Positions 11,782 to 21,082 of a stretch of DNA of 32,000 nucleotides are shown here, in pieces. The stretch comes from Candidatus Saccharimonadota bacterium (lineage in GTDB: Bacteria; Patescibacteriota; Gracilibacteria; BD1-5; UBA6164), in the NCBI GenBank assembly GCA_963677765.1, contig OY782392.1, positions 90,001 to 122,000 on the forward strand. Reading direction: 5' to 3'. The stretch's first letter is position 1. Each line of letters begins with the position of its first letter. The notes under the pieces are model-generated. The model saw only the letters and a list, made by a program, of their open reading frames with translations, was not told where the DNA came from and did not search any database. The translations under genes and the position numbers were made by a program.

Positions 11782-12213
11782 ATGGTTTTAATATTTACAA
11801 ATAAAGACAAAGCCTCTCCCAAAATGGATAACGATGAGTTAAACTCATTGTTTACAGCATCAAAAGCACCATTAGCTATTTGACCTTACAGTAAAGCATA
11901 TAGTGCTTGAGATTTACTATTCTGCTCATGACAAATATGATTAGATGTAAATACTATGCAAATGGTTAAATGATGAATTGAAGAACAAACAAAACAAGTT
12001 TGTAGAAACATAAGTCATTTATTAGAAGAATATTGAACAAGTTTAAAAAATGTAGTAAAAACAACTATTTTTTTAAAAAATATTAATGATTTTGAAGCTG
12101 TTAATAATATATACAAAAATTATTTTGTATTAAAACCAGCAAGATCAACTGTAGAAGTATCAAATCTACCAAAAAATGCACTTATAGAAATAGAAGTAAT
12201 AGCAAAGATATAA
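11782..12213 (+). CDS. ridA: RidA/YjgF-family enamine/imine deaminase
   Basis: [29 protein letters not shown]...[24 protein letters not shown]...[23 protein letters not shown]. The longest ORF starts at 11782 (143 aa). An internal ATG at 11824 would give a more typical 129-aa protein. Confidence 0.88.
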
Positions 12214-12288
12214 ATTGATTAATAGATAAATCAATACTATAATTTATTATATATTGATTTATTTTTTTTATGACTAATAAACAAAGAT

Positions 12289-12882
12289 ATGAAAAAATAT
12301 ATAATATTTGATTTAGACTGAACTCTTATATATAGCGATATTCAAATAAATAAAATAATATTAGAATATATAGAAAATAATTTATGAAAAGATTATTTAG
12401 ATGCAACAAGATATTTTTTAAATAATATGAAATGAGGAACACTTAAATATCTTTTTGAATATTTATGAATAAATAATGAAGAAAATAAAAAACATTCCGA
12501 TATTTTATTTGAAGAATTAAAAAAAATAAAAAACATAGAATTCATAGAAGGAACTATTGAAAAAATAAAAGAATTAAAAAAAGATTGATTCATACTTTTT
12601 TTATCTACATGAAATAGTACAGACTTTGCAAAAAGGGTATTAAAAGATGCAAATATTGATATTTTATTTGAAAAAATAATGTGAAGTGATATTATAGCAA
12701 AGTCAAATGAACATGTAGAAATATTCAAAGAAATAGTTTGTGATGATAATTTTTATAAAAATTGTGTTTCAATATGAGATTGACAAAAAGAAGAACAAAT
12801 AGCAAAGGAGAATGATATAGATTTTGTGCATATATGAGATAAATATAAATCAATATCACAAATTAACTTTAAAAAAATATAA
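12289..12882 (+). CDS. HAD-superfamily hydrolase (197 aa)
   Basis: MKKYIIFDLDGTLIYSD carries motif I DxDGT with Gly=TGA. Also present are LFLSTGNS (motif II-like) and SIGDGQKEEQIAKENDIDFVHIG (motif IV-like). TAA at 12880-12882. Confidence 0.8.
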
Positions 12883-12925
12883 TTTTATGTTATATTTAAA
12901 TAAATAAAAAATAAATCGTTATATT

Positions 12926-14311
12926 ATGAAAAATAGATATAGATTAGATTGTAAAGAAAACATAAACAAAGAAGTAACTGATTTCTTAAGATTAGAAGAA
13001 AATGAAGAATTTATAGAATTATTATTTTTAGAATATAGTAGAGATATAAATTGAACACTTACAAATAAATTAGATTTATTTAATCTAAAATGACTAAGTG
13101 ATATAGAAATAGAAGAATTATTAAATGATTTTCTAAAAAATAAAACAAGAGAAATTCAATGTTGAAACTGAATATCTTATAACAAAGTAACAGTAGATGA
13201 TGAAGAATGAATTGATTATCTTAATTATATTTTTAAAAAAGCGCTTCATTTTTATGAAATTGAATTAAAATGACAATTACCTAGAAAATATAAAAATATA
13301 ACAGATTTTTTCAAAACAAAAGATGATGTTATTAATTTTTTAAAAAATACTACAAAAAATATTCAATCTTCTCAATTTAATTGTGTATTAACAAAAATAT
13401 CATATGCAGTTAATGAAATAATTGATACTCCTGAACTTCTAGAGCTAGATAAAAAAAGTTACTATCTTTTAAAAGAAAAAATATTACCTGCAGTACAACT
13501 AGATGAACCAAATTCAAATATAGATTTTTGATTTTTAAATTGAAAAATTTCTTTTTCATGAAAAATTATAGAATTTAAAATGAGAATGAGATGAAAAAAT
13601 GAAGAATCATGAACTTTTAAAATATTAAAAGATGAAAATTATTTAACAGCAAATAGTATAAAAGATTTAATATGAATTGAATTTGAAGTAAAAAATAAAG
13701 AAGATGCTTTGTTATTACTATCATATTTTTATCAAACTTTTTTCCATAAAACAAATGGTGATGGAGAAATTATAAATACAATTAAAGAATTCAAAGACAA
13801 ATGAATTATAAGTCAATCTATTGTAAAAAGATTAGAAAGAAAATGACTTATAAGCTGAGAATTTCTAGAGTTGATTAAAAAATCTAGTTCAAAATCAAAA
13901 ACAATGCAAAATATGCAATATAGTGATATAAAATTTGTTTGAGATATTGATTTACCGTTAAATTTGAATGATAAAAGATCCCAAAAAAAACCTCATTGAG
14001 TTGAATTAAGAGCAATTTTAGTTTGAAATACTAACGAAGAATGATTATCTGACCATAGAATATTACATGTATGAAAAATAGTTTTAACATGGGTTAGATT
14101 AAAATGATATATTACAGAAGCATTTATAAAACACCTAATAAATGATTTACTTGAAAACAATCCTGATTTAGATGAAAAGTTTTCAAATGATGAAATACTT
14201 GAATACTTTAAAGCTAAACTTATAAAAATAGAAAGAAATTGAAAAATAGATATTTATACTACAAAAAGTATGAACTCTACTATAGAAAATCAAAAACAAT
14301 TTGCAAACTAA
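12926..14311 (+). CDS. hypothetical protein, possible divergent RelA/SpoT-like (alarmone-synthetase fold) nucleotidyltransferase core, 461 aa
   Basis: The frame is open with TGA=Gly from ATG at 12926 to TAA at 14309-14311. Two central segments resemble the synthetase-domain pattern R-x-K...S...K / DL-x-G-I-R and E-I-Q-I-R-T...E-x-G...H-x-x-Y-K:
- FKMRMRGKNEESGTFKILKDENYLTANSIKDLIGIEFEVKNKEDALLLLSYFYQTF
- KKPHGVELRAILVGNTNEEGLSDHRILHVGK
The match is by eye only, so the functional call is tentative. Confidence 0.6.
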
Positions 14312-14391
14312 GTTTTTTTGAATAAAAAAATTATTATGTTTATTATAATTTTATAAATTGTAATAGTATATAATAATTTTTTTATTCAATT

Positions 14392-14637
14392 ATGGAACTA
14401 AAAGAATTAGAAGATATTGATATAAATCAATCTAATAATGAAACAGAAAAATCTTCTAGAATGCAAGTATTATTAATAATAGAATATTATAAAAATCAAA
14501 ATGATAAAATAATATCTGAACCAAATAATGAACAATGTATATATTGGATACAAAATTTTGCTGCTAGGTTTCGTGAATTATGGGATATGTGAATTAGAGA
14601 TCAAAAAGCTATAAAAAATAATTTATATAAAAAATAA
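14392..14637 (+). CDS. hypothetical small protein (81 aa)
   Basis: Track ORF 14392-14592 continues through one TGA (Gly) to TAA at 14635-14637: ...FAARFRELWDMGIRDQKAIKNNLYKK. A strong terminator follows. Confidence 0.6.
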
Positions 14638-14666
14638 TAATATCTAATTGATATTATTATTTTTTT
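14636..14666 (+). terminator. intrinsic terminator
   Basis: aataatatc (14636-14644) pairs with gatattatt (14650-14658), followed by aTTTTTTT. Confidence 0.7.
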
Positions 14667-14712
14667 ATTTATAATAATAAAAAAGGGGCTTTATATTTTA
14701 TAATAAAGGCTT

Positions 14713-15510
14713 ATGAAAAAAATTATTATTACTCTAGTATTTCTTATTATATCTATTAATAATACTAATAGTTATTATTTATTAAATAAAAATGATAAGA
14801 TAATAGAAAATAAATTAAGTTATGTTATATCAAAAAATATAGAAAATAAAAATTTAATTTATAGAGATAAATTATCACAAAAATTAGAAAATATAGCATC
14901 TATAAATCAAAAATATTACAAAATAATACAAAATGTAAAAATAAATAATTATTTATATAACTACCTAGATGAACAAAAATCAGAATTAAATAAAATTAAT
15001 ATAGATTATCAAAATATCAAAGACTATTGGATTGAATTACATAATATAGAAAGAGATAAATTAGAACTAAAAAATATTTATTCAAATAAATATCTAGATA
15101 ATACAGCATATCAATGGTCACTAGAACAATATAAAATATGAGAAATGACACATAAAAGAACTAATTCAAATGAAAACTATAATCATAAAGATATAGAAAA
15201 ATGGTTTAAAATTAGATGAATAAATTGTTATAATAAATGATGAGTAAGTGTAAGCGAAAGTATAGCGAAATATAGTTTTTATTGCCAAAATAGTAATTGT
15301 GAGCAAGAACTAAAAAAATCAATGAAAAAAATATTTGATATATATATGTCTGAAAAGTGATTAGATTATCCTATGGATGCACACTATAGAGCTATAATTC
15401 ACCCAAATATTAGTCAAATATGAATTTGAATAAAATTACAAAAAACAAATAATAAAAATTTTTACGAATATTATATAACAAGTCACTATTGTAGTGAGTT
15501 AATAAAATAA
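14713..15510 (+). CDS. secreted CAP/SCP/PR-1-like domain protein (265 aa)
   Basis: The signal peptide is MKKIIITLVFLIISINNTNS. The CAP-like part is WIELHNIERDKLELKNIYSNKYLDNTAYQWSLEQYKIGEMTHKR...SESIAKY...HYRAIIHPNISQIGIGIK...YYITSHYC. Track ORF 14713-15141 is the N-terminal fragment, and the true stop is TAA at 15508-15510. Confidence 0.75.
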
Positions 15511-15550
15511 CTTTACAAATAACAAAAAATTATTAAAGTCTTAGTATATA

Positions 15551-15758
15551 AAAGCGATTGAATGGCTATCAACCATGAGCTGGAGGAAGAAAGGATTAAC
15601 TCTTAGTAGAACCTCTCGAAGTCGAAGTACTTCGTTAAAAAACAAAATAGAGAATAACTTTAGGTGGTAACTCCCCTGTTTAATAAAATCAAGGGGCCGA
15701 AAGTATAAAAAATATATTTCAATATTAAAATGAAATTTATATTTTTTATACTTTTTTT
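15551..15758 (+). promoter_or_regulatory. T-box riboswitch leader, Ile specifier (AUC), terminator/antiterminator type
   Basis: This is the only noncoding stretch clearly richer in G and C than its surroundings.
- T-box sequence: ACUUU-AGGUGGUAA-CUCCCCU (15657-15677)
- Antiterminator: ACUUU (15657-61) pairs with AAAGU (15700-04), and CCCCU (15673-77) pairs with AGGGG (15692-96), leaving a bulge that carries UGGU
- Competing terminator: AAAGUAUAAAAAAUAUA (15700-16) pairs with UAUAUUUUUUAUACUUU (15738-54), followed by a U-run
- F-box-like UCGUUAA (15632-38)
- S-turn-like AGUAGAA bulge (15605-11) in a helix formed by GGAGG-AAGA and UCUU...CCUCU
- Hairpin AUGG-CUAUCAA-CCAU (15562-76), exposing AUC followed by A. 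Confidence 0.8.
15700..15758 (+). terminator. intrinsic terminator of the T-box expression platform
   Basis: A 17-bp perfect stem (15700-15716 with 15738-15754) encloses a nested atttca/tgaaat hairpin. A T-run follows to 15758. Its 5' arm overlaps the 3' arm of the antiterminator. Confidence 0.8.
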
Positions 15759-15777
15759 ATTTATAAATAAAAAGCTT

Positions 15778-15993
15778 ATGAAAACAAAAGATATTATAAA
15801 AAATATGAAAATTTATTTAGAAGAAGATAATTTTGAATCAATAGATGAATTATTACAAGAAATATTTTCTTCAGAATTACAAAAAGAACAAGAAGAAGCT
15901 ATATGAGATTTATTACAAGAAGTTACTCTATATAGTGAACTTAGAGAAGATGAGTATAAAAATGAGGCTCTAAATATAATAAATAATCTATAA
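15778..15993 (+). CDS. hypothetical small acidic helical protein (71 aa)
   Basis: The ATG is 20 nt after the T-box terminator: MKTKDIIKNMKIYLEEDNFESIDELLQEIFSSELQKEQEEAIGDLLQEV...LNIINNL. TAA at 15991-15993. Confidence 0.65.
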
Positions 15994-16000
15994 AAAATGA
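15973..16000 (+). repeat. direct repeat copy 1 at a gene junction (aatataataaataatctataaaaaa + ATGA)
   Basis: About 25 nt are identical to 16339-16363. The repeat covers the last codons (NIINNL), the stop and the next start codon. Confidence 0.85.
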
Positions 16001-16359
16001 AAAAACAATTAGATCAAGTATTAGAATTTCATAAAAAGTTTAAAGCATTAATTAATAATGAACCTAGTAATATAAGTGAGGATAGGTATTATCTTAGATA
16101 TAAATTAATGAAAGAAGAGATTGAAGAATACTTAATTTGAGCAAAAAATTGAGATAAAGAAAATATTGCAAAAGAATTATCAGATATTTTATACTCTGTA
16201 TATTGAACAATAATAGAACATTGATTACAAGAAAAAATAGAAGAATGTTTTAACGAAGTTCATAAAAGTAATATGAGTAAAGATTATTCTTCAACTAAAA
16301 TGATAAAATGAAAAAATTATTTTAAAGCTGATTTAAGCAATATAATAAATAATCTATAA
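15997..16359 (+). CDS. MazG-like all-alpha nucleoside triphosphate pyrophosphohydrolase (120 aa)
   Basis: The EXXE...EXXD metal-binding signature is present in LMKEEIEEYLIGAKNGDKENIAKELSDILYSVYGTIIEHG. It is followed by FNEVHKSNMSK, which is typical of the small MazG/YpjD-like family. The gap to the upstream gene is 3 nt. Confidence 0.75.
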
Positions 16360-16367
16360 AAAAATGA
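16339..16367 (+). repeat. direct repeat copy 2 at the next gene junction
   Basis: Same sequence as 15973-16000 with one extra A in the A-run. It again spans NIINNL, the stop and the next ATG. Confidence 0.85.
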
Positions 16368-16933
16368 TTACAGAAATAGAAAAAAAATATGCTTTCAATA
16401 AAGATGATTATCAAAAAATAGTTGATAATTGTAATTTTGAATGAGAAATAAATATAAAAGATTATTATTTAGATAATAGTGATTATGTACTATTTAAAAA
16501 TAAATATTATTTAAGACTTAGAGATGGTATTTATGAACTCAAAATAGCCAAAGTAGATAAAGAAAATTGATTAGTTACATCAAAAGAAATAATTTGAGAT
16601 GAAGAAATTGATCAAATCTTACAAGAAAACTTTTGAATAAGTATTGATGAAACTATTTGAGTAGTATTTGTTGAAACAAATAGAGAAAAATACTCTTATG
16701 AAATAGATTGAATTAAACTAAATATAGACATAGATAGCTTTCAATATTGAAAAAGATATGAAATAGAAGTAATATCTAACTCAAAAAAAGAGGAAGAAAT
16801 TAATGACATAATAGAAAAATTTAGAGATAAACTATGACTTTTTAGTAGTTATGATGAAAGCTCTTGAAAAATAATGGTATGTGCAAGAAACCAAAATATT
16901 GAAATATATGAAATAATGAACAATCAAATTTAA
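16364..16933 (+). CDS. CYTH-domain protein (triphosphate tunnel metalloenzyme; CyaB/ThTPase-like), 189 aa
   Basis: The N-terminal ExExK signature is in MITEIEKKYAF. It is followed by YYLRLRDGIYELKIAK, REKYSYEIDGIKLNIDIDSFQYGKRYEIEVI. TAA at 16931-16933. Confidence 0.78.
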
Positions 16934-16950
16934 TTTATAAAAAAGAAAAT

Positions 16951-17214
16951 ATGGAATGATATATACAAAGTCTTTTAGATAATCCAAGCAAAGAAAATTT
17001 AAATAGAGTAGATTATGAAATAAAAAGAACGAAAGATATAATAGATAGTTATTTTGAATCTATAAATTATATTTTAGCCTTATGATGAGAAGAGTCAGAA
17101 CATAAAGAAGAAATAGAAAGAATACAGAAAATAATAGATAATGAAAAAGAATTTTTAGAACATTGTAGAAAAGTATCAAAAGATATAGAAGAAGTTTTAA
17201 AAGAAAAAAATTAA
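16951..17214 (+). CDS. hypothetical small helical protein (87 aa)
   Basis: MEGYIQSLLDNPSKENLNRVDYEIKRTKDIIDSYFESINYILALGGEESEHKEEIERIQKIIDNEKEFLEHCRKVSKDIEEVLKEKN. It starts 17 nt after the CYTH gene. Confidence 0.6.
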
Positions 17215-17273
17215 AGTCCGTAATGACTTATTAAACTATAAATAAATATTTAATAATTAATTATACAAACAAA

Positions 17274-20200
17274 ATGTGTGATTGTAATAATAAAAAATAT
17301 CCTGAAGTAAATCCAAAACAATCATTTCCTCACTTAGAAGAAGAAATATTAAAATTTTGGAAAGAAAATTCTATATTTGAAAAATCTATAGAAAATAGAG
17401 AATGAAATGAAGAATTCAATTTTTATGATGGTCCTCCATTTGCTACTTGAACACCTCACTACTGACATATATTAGCTGGTACTATAAAAGATGTAATACC
17501 TAGATACCAAACAATGGCTGGTAAAAAAGTAGAAAGAAAATTCGGTTGGGATACTCACTGATTACCAATTGAAAATATAGTAGAAAAAAAATTAGAAATC
17601 TCATGAAAAGATGATATAGAAAATAGAGTATGAGTTTATGAATTCAATGAAGAATGTAGAAGAAATGTTTTTTGATATGTTGAAGAATGGAAAAAAACAG
17701 TTGATAGAATGGGTAGATGGGTTGATATGGAAAACTCATACAAAACTATGGATAGTGATTTTATGGAATCTGTATGGTGGGTTTATAAATCATTATATGA
17801 TAAAGGTTTGGTTTATGAAGGTCATAGAGTAGTACCATATTGTCCTAGATGTGCAACTCCTTTATCAAACTTTGAAGTAAATCAATGATATAAAGACAAA
17901 CAAGATAAAACAGTTACAGTAAAATTCAAAGTAAAAGGAAGTGAAAGTAAATATATACTTGCTTGGACAACTACTCCTTGGACATTAGTAGCTAATCTTG
18001 GTCTAGCAGTATGAGTAGACTTAGATTATGTAGAACTACTTGATTCAAAAACTAAAGAAACATATGTATTAGCTAAGGATAGAATATCTTCATACTATAA
18101 AAATGAAGAAGATTATAAAATAATTAGAGAATATAAAGGTGCTTGTTTAGTTTGAATTAAATACGAAGCAATTTTTGATGATTTTTGGATTTTAAATGAA
18201 GCTAATGATATGCCATTATGAATGGAATTATGAGAAAATGCATATTCTGTTATAAAAGGTCATCATGTAACAACAGAATCAGGTACAGGTATTGTACATA
18301 TAGCACCTGCTTACTGAGAAGATGATAATCTAATAGGTAAAGAAGAAAAACTTGGTTATGTTGCTCATATTGCCGATAATGGTAATACTGAAAATTTATT
18401 AAATGATAATGGTATTCAAGTATTTGAATACAACGAATTAGCAATTCAAAAATTAAAAGAAAAAAATGCTACAGTATTAATAAATACTTATGATCACTCA
18501 TACCCTCATTGTTGGAGATGTGATACTCCTCTTATATATAGAGCGATTTCAGCTTGGTATGTAGCAGTAGAAAAAATAAGAGATAGAATGGTAGAAAGTA
18601 ACCAAAATATAAATTGGGTACCTGAAGAAATAAAAAATGGTAGAATGTGAAAATGGTTAGAATGAGCAAAAGATTGGAATATTTCTAGAAATAGATATTG
18701 GGGTTCAGCTATACCAGTATGGCAATCTGAAGACAAATCAGAAGAAGTATGTGTATGAAGTATAAAAGAATTATATGAATTAAATAAAGACTTCTGACAA
18801 ATCGAAGAAAAAGATGGTAAATACTATTATACTGAAACAGGTAATGAAGTAGATTTACATAAACACTTTGTAGATGATATAAAAGTAAAAAATCCAAAAA
18901 CTTGAAATACTCTAACAAGAATACCTGAAGTATTAGACTGTTGGTTTGAAAGTGGAGCAATGCCTTATGCAAGTAAACACTTCCCTTTTGAATGACAAGA
19001 AGATTTCAAATTTCCAGCTGACTTTATTGCTGAATGATTAGATCAAACTAGATGATGGTTTTATACTCTTATAATTTTATGAGTAGCATTATACGATGTA
19101 GCTCCAATGAAAAATGTAATTGTAAATGGTATAGTATTAGCTGAAGATGGACATAAAATGTCAAAATCAAAGAAAAACTACCCAGATCCACAATTAATTT
19201 TTGATAAATATTGAGCTGATGCAATGAGATTTTATTTAATGAACTCTCCAGTAGTAGAAGCTCAAGACTTAAGATTTATGGAGTCATGAGTAGAAGAAGT
19301 AGTTAAAAAAGTAATACTACCTTTATGGAATACTTATTATTTCTTCACTACATATGCTAACATTGATGAATTTAAATCAAAATGATTACCAGAAAAATTA
19401 GATAACAATCTAGATAAATGGCTGATTTCTGAATTAAATGAATTATCATATGAAGTTGGTAAATGATTTGAAGAATACAAATTAAACAATGCAGCAAAAC
19501 CAATAGTAAAATTTATGGATAATCTTACTAACTGGTATATTAGAAGATCTAGAAAAAGATTTTGGAAAACTGAAAATGATGGTGATAAAATTCAAGCATA
19601 TGAAACTCTTTACTATACATTAGTAGAAGTTACAAAAATTATAGCTCCATTTATGCCATTTGTAAGTGATTATATATATAAAAACTTAACTAATGATGTA
19701 TCTGTTCATTTAACAGATTTCCCTAAATATGATTCTAATTTGATTGATGAAAAATTAAATAATGAAACTGATTTAGCTCAAAAAGTAATTACTCTATGAT
19801 TAGCTTTCAGAGCAAATGCTAAAATAAGAGTAAGACAACCTCTTACATCAATTACAATTACTTCAGAACTTGATGAATATTATAAAGATATTATAAAAGA
19901 AGAATTAAATGTAAAAAATGTATTAGTTGTAGATGGTAGCACACTTGCTCAAAAAATATGTAAACCAAATGGTAGAGCTATAGGTCCAAAATTTGGTAAA
20001 GATGTAAAGTTTATAATGAGTGAAGCTAAGGCTTGAAACTTTGAAGAATTAGAAAATGGAAATATTAAGGTTTGAGAATTTAAATTAGAACAATGAGATT
20101 TTGAACTAGTATATCAAGCATGAGATTCTTCATTAGAAATTGAATCATGATTTGGTATGGTTATATCAATGGATACTAATATAACAGAAGAATTAAAAAA

Positions 20201-20438
20201 CGAATGATATGTTAGAGATATTGTTAGACATATACAAGAATCAAGAAAAGAAGCTGATTATAAAGTAGATGATAGAATTGAAGTATGTATTTCATGAGCT
20301 GATTCTATTTTAGAAAACTTTAAATCATATATAGAATGAGAAACTCTTTCTACTATTGTAGAAAATTTAGATAAATCTGATATTGATAAAGATTTACAAA
20401 TAGAAGATTTAAATATAAATCTAAAATTAAAAAAATAA
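17274..20438 (+). CDS. ileS: isoleucine--tRNA ligase (type 2 / eukaryote-like architecture), 1054 aa
   Basis: [20 protein letters not shown] contains the HIGH motif, with its Gly at TGA 17463-65. Also present are [60 protein letters not shown] and [14 protein letters not shown] (KMSKS). Track ORF 19515-19799 is an in-frame fragment. TAA at 20436-20438. Confidence 0.95.
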
Positions 20439-20441
20439 TAA

Positions 20442-20468
20442 AAAGCTAGATAATTTTTATCTAGCTTT
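20442..20468 (+). terminator. hairpin terminator after ileS
   Basis: aaagctagata (20442-52) pairs with tatctagcttt (20458-68). The downstream T-tract is short. Confidence 0.6.
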
Positions 20469-20492
20469 GTATTAAAATATAATTAAATAAAA

Positions 20493-21068
20493 ATGAAAAT
20501 CGATATTAGTAATGAATTAAAAAAATTAGAAAAACTAAAAAAATCTAGAGAAAAAAAAGATATTGATTTAATAATAAGTGATTTTGATGATACTATTTTT
20601 TGTAGAAATGAACAATTAGAAAAATCAGAATTATTAAGAACAAATAGATGAAATGCTTGAAATGATATTATATTATCAACAATAGGTCTAGAAAACTATA
20701 TAAATGAGTTTTATAAATGAAAGAAATTTCCTGATGATATAATATCAAAAATGAATAAAGATTATGATTTAATACTTACTGCTTGATATAAGGTTTTACA
20801 AGATGCAAAACTTAAAGCAACTAATTTAATTAATAATTTAAATTATATAGTAGTAGAAAAAGCCGAAGATAAAATACTAGAAACTATTAGATATATAATA
20901 GAAGATTTATGATTTATTCCTAGTAAAATAACAATCTATGAAGATAGACCTCAATATTTTATTGAAAACAAAGAAACAATAGAAAATTTTCTAGATACAA
21001 AATTAGAAGTAATTTTTGTAGAAATGATAGATAATCATAATTCTCCAAAAACAAAAAAAGTAGCTTAA
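20493..21068 (+). CDS. HAD-like hydrolase family protein, function unknown (191 aa)
   Basis: LIISDFDDTIFCRN carries motif I DxDxT. I recognised nothing in the rest of the protein. TAA at 21066-21068. Confidence 0.6.
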
Positions 21069-21082
21069 AAGCTACTTTTTTT
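21054..21082. terminator. bidirectional terminator shared by convergent genes
   Basis: aaaaaagtagctt pairs with aagctactttttt. The stop codons of both flanking genes (21066-68 on plus, 21081-83 on minus) lie in or at the hairpin. Confidence 0.7.

Noticed and set aside
12393-12728. Track ORF 12393-12728 (-), 111 aa.
   Set aside because: It is antisense to the HAD hydrolase gene (12289-12882, plus), which has the DxDGT motif. It is a low-complexity artefact of AT-rich sequence.
15578-15612. GGAGGAAGAAAGG resembles the RNase P RNA P4 region (GAGGAAAGUCC) or an SRP RNA purine-rich segment.
   Set aside because: The match is imperfect. The structured region is only about 210 nt and has no further RNase P or SRP hallmarks. 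The same region is fully explained as Stem II of a T-box leader with a canonical T-box sequence and an antiterminator/terminator switch.
17638-18972. Track ORFs 17638-17832 (+), 18250-18444 (-), 18506-18736 (-) and 18709-18972 (-).
   Set aside because: All lie inside ileS, either off-frame or antisense. The IleRS frame is unambiguous through this region (…[24 protein letters not shown]… and [11 protein letters not shown]).
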